Source of the DNA: Lytechinus pictus
Taxonomy: Eukaryota
NCBI RefSeq assembly: GCF_037042905.1
Contig: NC_087258.1
Coordinates: 27,032,001 to 27,096,000 of the forward strand
DNA length: 64,000 bases
Reading direction: 5' to 3'
The notes below the pieces were generated by a model. It was not told where the DNA came from, made no database searches, and worked only from the letters and a program-made list of their open reading frames with translations. A program made the translations under genes and the position numbers. Positions 27,499 to 39,760 of the stretch are shown one piece after another; the first letter of the stretch is position 1, and every line of letters begins with the position of its first letter.

Positions 27499-29939
27499 GA
27501 TTTGACCTTAGTGACGTAATGATCGATGATCGGGTCGTAGACATTCGGAAGCTTGTATCGCCCCCCGTCTCTGTTGAGAGAAGGTCTGAACGCCCGGATG
27601 TAGATGGCCTCTTTCACACCTCTCTCGAAGTACCGCGGCTCCCTGTCCAGCACTTGTACTTTGTTGATGTCAACACAATGGCCAGGGGATTCGATGTGGA
27701 TGTGCTGAGATACCTCGGAGGAAGTGGAGCTAGGGCGTCGGTGTTCAAGGAATCTTGTCCTAAGGGAACGTTCTGTTTCTCCTATATAAGATTCCTGACA
27801 TAGACCCTTAGTCGTCTGTCCTTGACAAGGAATCAAATAAATAGGACCGGTGATATCCTTCTTCTCTGTCTTATCTTTCGGCGCAACCAAGTACTGTCTA
27901 AGGGTCCTTGTTGGTTTGTAACACACCCTAATGCCAAATTGACTGAAATTCCTACGAAGGGCTTCCGATAATCCTTTAACGTACGGAAGTACAATCTGTC
28001 CTTTGGGTGGCTTGGGGTTGTCCTTTCTAGGCGGAGACTTTCCTTTAGCTGAGTTATCGATCTTGTTGAAGACCCAACTAGGATAGCCGCACTTGGAGAG
28101 AGCCTGTTTAACGTGTGCTTTTTCCTCAGAAACGGTGACTGGGTCTGTGATAACCGCTTCCGCTCGATGGAAAAGAGTCTTGATCACACCAAGCTTATGT
28201 TCAAGTGGGTGATTAGAGGAAAAGTTCAGGTATTGGTCGGTGTGCGTAGGTTTACGGTAAACTTTGATATCCAAGTTGCCGTCTGGTTGAATAACCGTCA
28301 AAGTGTCAAGAAATGCCAGCGACCGTCCTTCCTCACCTTCAGTGGTGAATTGAATGTCCGGATCAATCAAGTTCAGATGATCAGTAAATTCCTGCGAGAA
28401 TTCTTTCTTGAGTTTAGTGTGTGTATCATCAACATATCGAAACCACCATATTGGAGGATGAGGTGCTGACTCAAGAGCTAATTGTTCAAAATGTTCCATG
28501 TACAGATTACAAACAATGGGGGAAATTGGCGATCCCATCGCTGCTCCATGGATCTGCTGATAATATATGCCATTGTGAACAAAATAAGTACATCGCAGGC
28601 AAACATCCAACAGTTTCACAATGTGGTCCACTGATAGGCGAGTCCTATCTTTCCAAGTGTTCACGCTCTGAAGTTTGGATTGGATAATCTTCAGGGCCTT
28701 GTCAATAGGAACTGAAGTGAAAAGAGCTGTCACGTCATATGATCTCAGTTCCTCGTCTTCCTCAACACGCGCATTCTTAATACATTCAGCAAAAGATTGA
28801 GAATCAGTTACATGGTGACAAGTCTGACCAACTAAAGGTGACAAAATGTAGGCAAGATGCTTGGCACAGTTATAAGTAATTGATCCAATACTACTTACAA
28901 TCGGTCGAAGTGGAATGTTCGGTTTATGGATTTTAGGGAGACCATAAAACTTAGGAGGGGTATCTGTAGTTGGGTATAACCTGCGATATTCGTCTCTGTT
29001 GATACCACCGTCTCTCTCTATTTCTTGTAGAGCACTAACAAGTTCCTTCTTATACTTGCTTGTAGGATCCTTCGAACCAAGTTTCTTGTAAGTGTTGGTA
29101 TCATTCAAAAGAGATTCACATTTGCTATTATAATCACAAGTGTTCAGAATAACCACAGTCCTACCTTTGTCTGCTGGTAAAACTCTGATGTTCTTATCTT
29201 TCTTCAAATCGTTCAAAGCCTCAGTTTCTTCTTTGTTGAGATTGGGCTCGAGTTTTCTCGGTCGGCTCAGTAATCCAACGACTTTAGATCTCAACTCAGT
29301 AGCACTGCGTTCGTTCAACTTACGGCATGCGGTTTCCGTACTAGTGATGATGTCAACAACGGGAACCTCTGTAGGCGCTACGGAGAAATTAAGCCCTTTC
29401 ACTAACACCGACAATTCAGAATCTCTCAACAGACGATCAGAGCAGTTTTTCACCCATTTACCGATGCAATCTGACGCGATGTTTGTGTTAAAATTCCGAG
29501 AATTTTCCGCGTTTTTCTTCTCCAACAACCGAGCGAATTTGTTTTGCTGTCGTGTTTTGGAAGCCTCGTGTTCTTTGACCTGTGACCTCTCCACTCGCGT
29601 TTTCACTTCCGATATGACGTCACACGGCAATTCATTCGAAATGGCGGCATTCAAACGTTCCTTTTCACTGTTGAGAAAGTTGATCTTTCCAACTATTTGT
29701 CCAACACGTACATTTAATAAAGCTCTCTCTGCTTTGCGTAAGATGTTATCCGCTTTACCCCCCTTGACAGCGCTCGACAGTTGTAGACTCACAGGTGTGA
29801 CCCTGTTGTGTTTACAATGCAAGCTGAACCGAAGGTGGTTGCGATAACGAGCGATCTTCTGCCCAGTTCTTTCCAAATGTCTAATTCGATACAAGCAATC
29901 CTTGCCAAAATCATTACGAATACGATTATGAAAGTTCAT
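27468..29939 (-). CDS. Penelope-like element ORF: reverse transcriptase plus GIY-YIG endonuclease (823 aa, uninterrupted)
   Basis: PLE motifs KGLNF, ADKG..VV, FYGLPKIHK..PLRPIVS, SYDVTALFTSVP, GAAMGSPISP, RYVDDT, VYRKPTHTDQYL; C-terminal PIYLIPC...YIGETERSLRTRFLEH and KEAIYI..LNRD. Confidence 0.95.
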   Translation of the reverse strand: MNFHNRIRNDFGKDCLYRIRHLERTGQKIARYRNHLRFSLHCKHNRVTPVSLQLSSAVKGGKADNILRKAERALLNVRVGQIVGKINFLNSEKERLNAAISNELPCDVISEVKTRVERSQVKEHEASKTRQQNKFARLLEKKNAENSRNFNTNIASDCIGKWVKNCSDRLLRDSELSVLVKGLNFSVAPTEVPVVDIITSTETACRKLNERSATELRSKVVGLLSRPRKLEPNLNKEETEALNDLKKDKNIRVLPADKGRTVVILNTCDYNSKCESLLNDTNTYKKLGSKDPTSKYKKELVSALQEIERDGGINRDEYRRLYPTTDTPPKFYGLPKIHKPNIPLRPIVSSIGSITYNCAKHLAYILSPLVGQTCHHVTDSQSFAECIKNARVEEDEELRSYDVTALFTSVPIDKALKIIQSKLQSVNTWKDRTRLSVDHIVKLLDVCLRCTYFVHNGIYYQQIHGAAMGSPISPIVCNLYMEHFEQLALESAPHPPIWWFRYVDDTHTKLKKEFSQEFTDHLNLIDPDIQFTTEGEEGRSLAFLDTLTVIQPDGNLDIKVYRKPTHTDQYLNFSSNHPLEHKLGVIKTLFHRAEAVITDPVTVSEEKAHVKQALSKCGYPSWVFNKIDNSAKGKSPPRKDNPKPPKGQIVLPYVKGLSEALRRNFSQFGIRVCYKPTRTLRQYLVAPKDKTEKKDITGPIYLIPCQGQTTKGLCQESYIGETERSLRTRFLEHRRPSSTSSEVSQHIHIESPGHCVDINKVQVLDREPRYFERGVKEAIYIRAFRPSLNRDGGRYKLPNVYDPIIDHYVTKVKSGHIADEGCS

Positions 29940-30168
29940 CTGTGTTGGTAAAAGATAACGATTTAGTTGAACTTTGGTTCACAACACAAAAAACAGAAAA
30001 TAACGAAGAGTTACCTCGAAATTTTCGGCTGCTAACTGCAACCTTCGAAGGTTGCAGTTAGCAGCCGAAAATTTCGAGGTAACTCTTCGTTATTTTCTGT
30101 TTTTTGTGTTGTGAACCAAAGTTCAACTAAATCGTTATCTTTTACCAACACAGATGAACTTTCATAAT

Positions 30169-30338
30169 AATAATATAGGGTATTTATATTGCGCACATAT
30201 CCACCTTGTTAGGTGCTCAAGGCGCTCCTTTATTACCCGGCTAAGCTAGGCGTTCATAGCGCACACAGCTTTTTAAGGAATTCCTTCCTACCGGTACCCA
30301 TTTACCTCACCTGGGTTGAGTGCGGCACACTGTGGATC
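30169..30338 (-). mobile_element. 5'-truncated SINE with (TAT)n tail
   Basis: Interrupts the MITE; core ggtacccatttacctcacctgggttgagtgc resembles invertebrate tRNA-SINE cores; its tail was the Penelope target. Confidence 0.55.
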
Positions 30339-31543
30339 AGTTATGACATTTTAAAGTTTCGCTTATTTTTCACAAAACAGTGATATGCACAACTCAGTTC
30401 CATGCAAATGAGTCAGTCGATGATATCCATCACTCACTATTTCTTTTGTTTTTTTATTGTTTGAATTATACAATATTTTATTTTTTTACAGATATGACCA
30501 TATTAGGGACCGACTTGACTGAATCATATAGTATTAAGCAATGCTAATATCACATGTTCAGGGAGGAATTGATCGCTGTTTCACTTGACATAGAGGAGAA
30601 AATTAGAATATTTCCTATTTCATATAATAAAATACAAAAGAAATAGTGAGTGGATGACGCCATCAAGTCTCCTCATTTGCATACCAACCACGATGTGCAT
30701 ATAACTGTTTTGTGAAATTAAGCGAAAATTTAAAATGTCATAACTTTCTTATTTTACATCCGATTTTGATGAAGTTTTCAGTGTTATGCTCATTGGATTT
30801 CTCTCTTTTTAATCAAAAAAAATTTCGTTGGGGTGGACTTGTCCTTTAATAACAAGAACGCTGAATACCTTCAACATTCGACACACATTGCTTATGATTT
30901 TGCACCACTGCCAGTCATGATGAATCCAAATATAATGTATTCAGGGTCATATTTTCTTATAGTTACATTCAGAGACTTTTCAGTTTGTTTCATCCCTGGC
31001 CCTCTTTAAATGGCTTTAAAAAGGTCAACTTTGATGAAAGTATGTTTTCGTGAAATTTGAACCCAAAGCCCTGAAGCACGTTTGAAACAAACAGTTCAAG
31101 AACTAACTGCATTCGCAAAGGTCCAGTAAATGGGCGACACTTAACTAAATTCTACACAATTATGCATACATAATAAGGTTCACATCAAAGTTAGATCGAA
31201 ACCATCATAATCTGTATGCACATTGCAACATGCATAAAGCATGCTTTAGCTTTGTTTGACCCACGACCGACCGATCAAACATAACATATTTGGGCTGTCG
31301 AACAGGCCCAGGTCTGTGAAACATACTGTAGTTTTTCATCCATTTTTTCTTTCTTCTTCTGGAGCTTCTCGCGGCCCACTTGGGAGAGCTTCGCGGCCCA
31401 CCAGTGCCAGTGAGCCGCGGCCCACCGTTTGTGAAGCGCTGCTCTAAAATCTATGTCATCTGCAGAAAAGGTGTAAATTAATTCCTAGGAAATATATGCA
31501 TAATCAACTTTTAATGGTGCATGCAACCGTGAATGAATGTTAT

Positions 31544-33407
31544 GTTAGTGCCTTACATTAGTTAGTGCCTTACATAAAGGCGGTGCAAATGAACCTTCTA
31601 ATTTCAGGCCAATTTCGATATTACCTATTTTATCTAAGCTACTAGAACGTATAGTGTTTGATCAATTGTATGAATACTTGAACAGGAACAATTTGATTAA
31701 TGACTACCAATCTGGCTTTCGGCCATTACATTCTACAGCAACGGCATTACTCAATACAACAGATGAATGGCTAAAAAGCTTTGATGAAGGCAAATTAGTA
31801 TGCTCTGTCATGCTAGACTTAAAAAAAGCATTCGACACGGTTGATTTCGAATTGCTTATCCAAAAATTAAAGCAATATGGAATTGGGGATCACTCAATTG
31901 AATGGTTTACAAGTTACTTATATGGAAGATGCCAGAAAACGACAGTGCATGGTATATCATCTGATTTATTACCCATTAAATCTGGAATCCCTCAAGGGTC
32001 CATTTTAGGGCCGCTTCTTTTCATTTTACATATTAATGATCTACCTTTAGTTCTTAGAAATTGCAAAATAAGTATGTATGCAGATGACACTATTTTATAT
32101 TATGCAAGTAACAACTACTCTGATCTAGAAAACAAAATCAATGAAGATTTGCAAAATGTGAAACGATGGCTTGATCACAATAAGCTTAGTTTGAATATCA
32201 AAAAAACTGAATATATTGTCCTAGGAACTAGAAATCGACTGAAACTATTCAAATATGAATCGCTAAATATTCACATTGATGGAACCCCCCTAACAAGAGT
32301 TACCCAGTGTAAACATTTAGGAGTAATTTTAGATGAAAATCTGTCATGGGGAAAACACATTCAAAATGTGCAGAAGAAATGTAGTAGCGGTTTGTTTATG
32401 CTAAAATCGATACGAAGTATGGTTGACAAGGATACAATGATTCTAGTCTATAACGCCCTGATTTCATCTCATTTGTCATATTGTGATATAGTATGGGGAA
32501 ATTGCGGCAAATGTTTAAAAGATAACCTCCAAAAGATTCAAAATCGGGCAGCTCGCGTTATCAATAATACCGCCTGGGATTCATCCGGAAACGAAAATCT
32601 AAATGAACTAAATTGGGATACACTTGAAAAGAAAAGGAATGAAAGTGTTGCAATAATGATGTTTAACATACTCAATAACTTAGCCCCTTCATATCTAATC
32701 AATAGATTTTCCCTTAAAGAAAGATCACATAACACAAGAAGTGGGAATCTCAATTTGGAAATAATGCAAATAAAGTCTGAATCTGCAAAGCGCATGTTTA
32801 TGTACAGAGGCGCCAGTATGTGGAACTCATTACCCACTAATATTCAAGCGGCACAAACGAAACACAATTTCAAAACAGGTCTAAAGAGATTATCTGTGTG
32901 ATATGGATCACAATGACTATTTTTCTGGTTAATTTTCTGTCCCCAGTACATGTATTATTTTCCAACCATTTCATATGTTTTGCTTTTATATGGCATGAGT
33001 ATTAACTATATAAGTTTTATAATTAATTTCAGTGCATGTTTAGTTATGTTTAGTTATCATAAATTTTCCAGACATTTTTGTATGTTTAGTTTTTATCATT
33101 GATAAATCATGACTTATATTCATTTTCTTGTACTTGTTTGTCCATTATAGAAACATGTATTTACTTTGACATTTTACTTTACCATGTACACATTTAATAT
33201 TACCATGTATGCACCGCTTTGTTCCAATTTACCGATAGATATTTCATGTTGTAAATTATTGATGTTTTTGAAAACGGTATATAATTTCTTCGTCTTTTTC
33301 TTACTATCATTATTATTATTTTTCTTCTTCTTCTTTTCTTCTTCTGTTATCTTCTCTGTTGTCTTTTCTCTTTTTCGTCTCCCTCTCACTTTTCCCTTCT
33401 TCTTCTT

Positions 33408-33447
<40 letters not shown>

Positions 33448-33676
33448 CTTCTTCTTCTTCTTCTTCTCCTCCCCTCCTCTTCACGTTTCGATGATTGTCT
33501 TGTAATATTTCATTGATGCTCCTTTTCCATATATATTGTTCGTTATACACTGATTTTAAAATGTTTACTTTGTCAATTGTATGTTCCACACGGCCCCAAT
33601 GGAAATCAGTCTGTGAACTGTTTGGGCTTTTTAACCGTGTATAAATAAAATAAATCTTATCTTATCTTATCTTATC
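31544..33676 (+). mobile_element. 5'-truncated LINE (CR1/L2/Crack group) with open RT C-terminal frame 31654-32901 and 3' UTR
   Basis: NFRPISILPILSKLLE, QSGFR, DLKKAFDTVD, GIPQGSILGPLLF, YADD; tail aataaa..(cttat)n; absent at the paralogous site near 49590. Confidence 0.9.
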
Positions 33677-36332
33677 TAATTATTTCGCTTAAAAGGGGTC
33701 TTTTATCAAAGCATGTATGATAATTTTCCTCTTCCAAAGTAAATATTTCTTAATTTTCTCGATCCGTTTTCAGATTAATACTCGAATCCCTTCCCAAAGC
33801 AATACAAACCAATGATATTCAGCTAAGCGGGAAAAACGTATTTTACAATCATATTTTCTTAACTATTTTCTATTTTCTTAAACTTTGTCTGACTATTGGC
33901 GTTTACTGGTAGGCCAATTTTACTCATGGTCAAAAGCTGTTTAATGGCGTTAGATTTCGACTGGATCTTTTTTTAAATTTATTTCTGATAGAAATTGACG
34001 CAAAACCCTGTACATATTCCTACAATTTATGCAAAAAAAGAAAAAGAAAAACACTGCGGGTACAATTTTCCCTTTTTTCACGAAGCGATTCATGATATCA
34101 GGTAAAAAATATAACTACAAATATAACAAAAATATATATATTTCTGATTGATTTACTATAAGCCCCTCTGTACCCACAAAACAAAATCATTCTAAAAATG
34201 AAAGATTGTGGAAAGTAAAGTTTCAATTTCAATTTCAATTTAAAGTGAATAATACAGCGTGACTGATATTTTGATATCATCATATTCATATTGAAAAAAA
34301 AAACATAATGTGACGCAGTGTGAACATGGTGATGAAAATGTACAAATTTTATGTTAAGCAAAGTGATTTTATACTACTGTGATCTTCCTCATAGAAGACA
34401 ACATAATATACTCTGCACAATATATAGCTTATCATATCTCATATAGGCCTGTGATTAAATTAAAAAACTAATAGAAAAGTTCGCTGTGCCGAACAATTAT
34501 GGCTCATAATTTTATATACAGCTTATCATATCTCATATAGGCTTATGATCAAATTCCAAAACTAATAGAAAGGTTCGCTGTGCCTAACAATTATGAATCA
34601 TCAACTGATTAGTCATTACATGATAAATAACATTTTTTTAAATATGTTAATGGATATGTACATTCCACGATAACTATTAGAATATAAAGAACACACACAC
34701 ACACACATATATATAATATATCAACTAATTCGTTAAAATTCATTGTACTTTCCTCATTATGGTTATATCAGAATACCACACATAATGTGACACAGTGTGA
34801 ACATGACAAAGAATATGTACAAATTTTACACAGTCACTGTGTTATATTGGAACATATTTGCAAAGTGATTACATGTTTACATTGCGTTCTTTCACATTAG
34901 TATAGGAGATAACAGAGAATACTTTATTTACATAATATACATGGGGTCCTCATCCTATGCATGTGATCAAATTCAATAGAAACTTTCGTTGTGCCCAACA
35001 AACTGGAATTGGAGAAGAAACTATTATCGAAATTATGACTCATCATCTGATCAAATGAAGTCATTACATGATAAAATAAACAAAGACACATTGGAGCAAA
35101 ATGTATCCACACTTTAAGAAAATATGTTGATGGATATGTATATTACACGATAACCATTAGAATATAAAAAAAAAACACATGTGCATTATACTGTAGTCAG
35201 ATATGATTCGGGGATGGCGCACATACATGAACATAATATAGACCTAGAGCGCTAGAGCCCTTTGGTACGACGTTATCATCAGGTCCCTCGGAGAGGACCT
35301 TAAGCCGTCGGTTCCCTGGTTGTTTACCAACAACCAACCAATATTGTTTTCTCAGCATTCCAGTAAATAATCCTCACCAACATACTCTATATACACAAAT
35401 AAATTATTTACATTGTATAGATCCATACAGTAATGAAGGGGTCCTCAGGCAAAGAGTGATAAACAAAACACTGAAAACCAGATCAAAATTTGACAAGGAT
35501 TTTTCAAGCATTGCGTTACTTTGGTGAAATTATTGTCGGAATGGTTACTGCTATCATCAATGTTGAAACTTATTTTACACACATGTATTGTGATGTCCTT
35601 TAATAAAATAAGGAAAGGGAAAGTTGGGACCACACATCATCAGCCCACCTATCACTGGCCATTGCTTGCAGATAGCTATTTTCACTACATATCGCTAAAC
35701 TAACAAATTGAATAGTTGTTTTATCAGATTTTGATGAAATTTTCAGCGTTTTGCCCATTTATACTGTACATGTATATATCACAATATATATTCAGATGTT
35801 ACTGTTTTCAGGCTGGAGTATCCATTTTTAAATATTTTTTATGATAGTTCTATCACTTGTATGCCTCACATTATGAATTAGTTTATTATTTACATGTATG
35901 TCATTGAACATTATAAAATGTATATGAATAAACGACAAGGATTTGTATTGTAAATGCCTGTTATAAATGTATTAATATTACCTGAATTATCTTTCGTTTA
36001 GTTGGAAAGAAAACTTAATTTGAATTTGAATTTGATTTAAAAAATGCTTCATGCACAGTTAAAAATAATATTAACAACGCTATTCACTATGTGAATCGCA
36101 CAGTAGTTTTTTTAAACATTTTAAACAAGTGTTCAAAATCTGAAACAACACTAAAGATTAAATTCAAATATTTAATTATCATTGATTTAAGCATAAGTGG
36201 TTAAGATTTTGAACACATGTTTAAACTGTTTAAACAACTCCTGTGCGATTCACATAGTAAACAGCGTTGTTTAAATTATTTGTAACAGTGTGTTGAGACA
36301 TTGTAGTAGGTGCATGGTTGAGATAATCTGGA

Positions 36333-37697
36333 TTACAGTGATACCTTGATGAAATATAACTTATCGAAACATGCAAAGGCGAGCATGTATGGGGAGAGGG
36401 AGACCAAGTAACACCACTCCCAACCCAATGTCATATCAAGTGCTTTGAACTCAACTCTTTCCTTCAGGTTCAGACCATCAAGATCATAGAGCCTGATCAC
36501 CACCTTCCTATTCTGCCAATCAACACTCGCTACATACACCCTGTCCTGCTCATCCACGGCAGCATACAGGTAGACATCCTTTGGAGTTTGTAGAGACTCA
36601 CCAGCATTCCCATCCCTGCCATAGACCGTCACCACGCTTGGATTGCCCCAACATGAACTCGTGACGATCAAACCCGTCCTGGTGGTAGATGCCTGATCCG
36701 CCTTGTGTTTTGTTTGAACAGTGTGTTTAAGAGTGGATCCTGTCGGGTCATAGATATATACTTGGTTTCCATAGTTAGTAATGATGATTTCATCTGATGG
36801 ACTTCTGTTAAGTCTGAGATTATTAGTATTGTCTCCCACATGGATTGTTGCCTTCCTGGAGCCAAGGGGGGAGTATATGTAGGCTTCTTTAGTACCGTGA
36901 AGCGATACGCATAAAGATCCATCTTGTTGACAGACAAGATCATAATATTCCCCGTCATTGGGTATGTTACTATACTGCTGCTTACCACCATTTGAATCAA
37001 TGATTTCAATACCATGTGCAAACCTCCCATATACGATACCCACACTGTTATGTGAGTACCGTGTCATTCCCAACATAATTGACCGTAGATTAACGCACTG
37101 AATGACTTCCATCTTGGGGTCTGATCCTGAGATGCTCCCGAGGTCAAGACGAGTATCATTTGCTGGCTTGAACCTCTTCTCCTGTGATTTCTTCTTTATG
37201 GCTGCCGTAGATGGATGATCTGTATATTCTGAGATGCTCCCGAGGTCAAGACGAGTATCATCTGCTGGTTTGAACCTCTTCCCCTTTGCTTTCTTTGTAA
37301 TTGCTGACGCAGAAGTGTGATCGGTAGCCTCCTTCAGCATGGCTTCTAGTTCCTCACAGAGCAAGATATGAGCAGATAGAGTGTCTGTCTCAAGATGACC
37401 CAGTCTGTCATTATCTACCAAAGTAATTGAACTACAAATACTCTTGATCCTCTGACGATCTTTTGACTTCAAGACATTGAGGTCGTCATCAAAACTATGC
37501 TTTAAGGCATTTATTTGGTCGTTGAGATTTCGAAGATTTTCTTCCAGCTCCTCGGCCTTGATGGTGTAGGCTTGCTTGACATCATCTAGTAGTGTCTGCA
37601 CTGCAGTGTGTACCTCATTACGTTGTATTTCTATGTTTTGAATGTTCTTTTCCAGCTCTGTTTTCTTGTCAGCAGAGCGTTGGTCAAGGTCTTCCAC
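36333..37697 (-). CDS. TRIM exon 2 copy C: intact frame but no adjacent exon 1 of its own; could be spliced to exon 1 at 44107-44742
   Basis: 454-aa open frame with intact acceptor. Its upstream intron sequence (37698-40650) ends by fusing to the middle of another exon 2 instead of reaching an exon 1. Confidence 0.7.
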   Translation of the reverse strand: MEDLDQRSADKKTELEKNIQNIEIQRNEVHTAVQTLLDDVKQAYTIKAEELEENLRNLNDQINALKHSFDDDLNVLKSKDRQRIKSICSSITLVDNDRLGHLETDTLSAHILLCEELEAMLKEATDHTSASAITKKAKGKRFKPADDTRLDLGSISEYTDHPSTAAIKKKSQEKRFKPANDTRLDLGSISGSDPKMEVIQCVNLRSIMLGMTRYSHNSVGIVYGRFAHGIEIIDSNGGKQQYSNIPNDGEYYDLVCQQDGSLCVSLHGTKEAYIYSPLGSRKATIHVGDNTNNLRLNRSPSDEIIITNYGNQVYIYDPTGSTLKHTVQTKHKADQASTTRTGLIVTSSCWGNPSVVTVYGRDGNAGESLQTPKDVYLYAAVDEQDRVYVASVDWQNRKVVIRLYDLDGLNLKERVEFKALDMTLGWEWCYLVSLSPYMLAFACFDKLYFIKVSL

Positions 37698-37988
37698 CTA
37701 AGGAATGAAAGTTTGAAAAGTAAAAACAATGATTTAGATCTGCAAATATTCCTCTAATTTAAAAATAACAAACTATTTAAAAAGATAACTACTGCAGAAT
37801 GACACGCGATAATCAGTAAAAGAAACCCCATATTTACACAATTTCATGTCATTGTTACAATAACTTTAAAGAAAATCGTGGCTGACATTGAACAAAATAA
37901 TAGGAAGAAATGCATTATATGCAACAATATTAACAATATTGATGATGGTACGTTAAATAAGCTTATTATCAGATACAATACATTTTTG

Positions 37989-38330
37989 GATGTTGTTTGA
38001 AGGTTTGCATGGTGGTATGTACAATCGCTGATGTGGCTTACGGTACACCATGTGAAGTGTTATAGAAACAGTGGATAGAAGAAGAGAAGGAATGGATAGG
38101 CGAGAAAGTCGAGATTTGAGAGCAGAGTATTCTTTCTTGAAAGTAGTCCTGAAAAGGATTGTAAACCAGGAAAGATTGATGAGTAGTAGAGCTAGTGAGG
38201 AGATGCTGGCTTGAGCCGGCGAGTAGAGATGATGAGTAGTAGAGAGACTCGACGTTTCGGGCAGGTTGACTGTCCGTCTTCTGAAGACGGACAGTCAACC
38301 TGCCCGAAACGTCGATAACGACGATAACGA
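37989..38330. mobile_element. Remnant pLTR of a second Penelope-like family in the copy C intron, with terminal fold-back and hammerhead core
   Basis: Absent from paralogous introns. 33-bp inverted repeat at 38249-38315 containing CUGAAGA-cGGACAG ucaac CUGCCC-GAA-ACGU-C (plus strand 38281-38313). Confidence 0.7.
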
Positions 38331-38699
38331 ATAACGAATTTATTACATTTCAAAATTTCAACACAATTACAAAGGAGAGCGAATTGTAATATAACGTAAT
38401 GAAATGAAATGGAAACCTTCTGAAAAGCACAGCTCGTTAATGAAGGTTTTTTTTTCAATAAATAAGACATATTGATACAAGATACAAAGTTCAAAATCTA
38501 TCTAATACACAAATCATCATATCTTTCTAGTAGAAATTAAACATAAATCCTTGTTAATTATTATTTTTTTATCATATTCTCCTATAGCAAGTAAAATATA
38601 AACAAGGCTGAATAATCATAATAATATTACAAGAAAGTGAAAAAGGACACACGAAACAAAACATTACAAGAACAGGAAATACAGGTAAAAGAACGGTAC

Positions 38700-39760
38700 G
38701 TCTCGGCCCCTTATTGTTTATGTACACAAGTAGACTTCTTTACGGTATAACAAGAGAGTTTCCAAGTATCACTTCCCACTGCTATGCAGACGACACACAA
38801 CTATACTTATCTTTCTCCCCAAATGCACCACGAGATGATAAATCATTAGAAGATTGTGTGGCATATATTAAAACCTGGATGCTTCAAAATAAGTTAATGT
38901 TGAATGATAGAAAAACTGATTTTTTAGTCATTGGTACCCCACGTCCGGTTTCTAAATTTGGGGGCTATAGCTTAACTGTTGGCTTTTCGGTTATACATAT
39001 AACTCCATCAGATAAAGCCAGAAACCTTGGTGTAGTCTTTGATACCCACTTAAGAATGGAATCAAAAATCAACAATGTTTGTAAATCCGCTTATTTTATG
39101 ATCTATAACTTGAGACGTATCCGTAATTTTTTTTATCAAGACACCATGAAAACTATTGTTCTCGCTTGTATCACAAGTAAATTGGATTATTGTAATAGTG
39201 TTCTCTATGAATTACCCGATTCTCAAATAAGCAAACTGCAGAGAGTGCAAAACACATGTGCACGTTTGATATGTCGTCTTCCCAAATTCTCTCCTGTCAC
39301 CCCATTATTGAGAGAATTACACTGGCTACCTGTCCGGCAAAGAATCACATAGATCCTAATGATAGTCTTTAAAGGTCTTAATGGTCAGGCCCCAAGTTAT
39401 ATCTCAGATCTCTTGAAATTGAAATCCCGATCTCATGACCATGCATCACCTATACGTAGCTCACAAGATACACTCACACTGCAAGTACCCCCACACAAGA
39501 CTAAAGCAACACTAGGAGGTCATTTCTGATAGGTCATTTCTGATGTAGGTCATAGGTCATTTCTGATGTCAGCCCCACGACTATGGAACAAACTTCCCCT
39601 CAACATTAGGAATTCAACAAATTTACATAAGTTCAAGTTAAAATTAAAGACCTATATATTCCAATTGTATGTACAGCACCTAGGAAGCTCCTGCAGCGCA
39701 ATAGAATATATATAAATAGTTGTTGCGCTATATAAATGCATATTATTATATTATTATTAT
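38700..39760 (+). mobile_element. 5'-truncated L2-type LINE in the copy C intron (antisense to TRIM)
   Basis: YADDTQLYLSF, RNLGVVFD, LDYCNSVL, LHWLPVRQRI then stop; (tat)n tail; inserted at gaacggtac|aagaac, which is uninterrupted in paralogous introns. Confidence 0.88.

Larger units (their letters stand above)
27392..30168 (-). mobile_element. Full-length Penelope-like retroelement with direct and inverted pseudo-LTRs
   Basis: 92-bp identical direct repeats at 27392-27483 and 29956-30047; inverted copy 30047-30168; flanked by duplicated ataataataatatagggta (27375-27393 and 30164-30182). Confidence 0.93.
27282..30845. mobile_element. TTAA-flanked AG..CT MITE (Kolobok-like), interrupted by a SINE and the Penelope element
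   Basis: Termini aggtcaagtccagccc / ggggtggacttgtcct-ttaa with long imperfect TIRs; same family as the MITE in the TRIM introns. Confidence 0.75.
27070..31441. mobile_element. hAT (Charlie-like) non-autonomous element hosting nested insertions
   Basis: TIRs gagcgcttctcaa / ttgtgaagcgctg; 8-bp TSD ctctaaaa (27062-27069, 31442-31449); empty site with a single cactaaaa near 49491. Confidence 0.75.

Noticed and set aside
29140-29847. 235-aa plus-strand ORF
   Set aside because: Antisense shadow of the Penelope ORF with no recognisable motifs.
3325-29939. DGR-like system (RT next to hypervariable genes)
   Set aside because: The RTs are ordinary Penelope and LINE enzymes, there is no invariant template repeat, and the substitutions are not adenine-specific (e.g. 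GCT/GGT/TTC/TGG).
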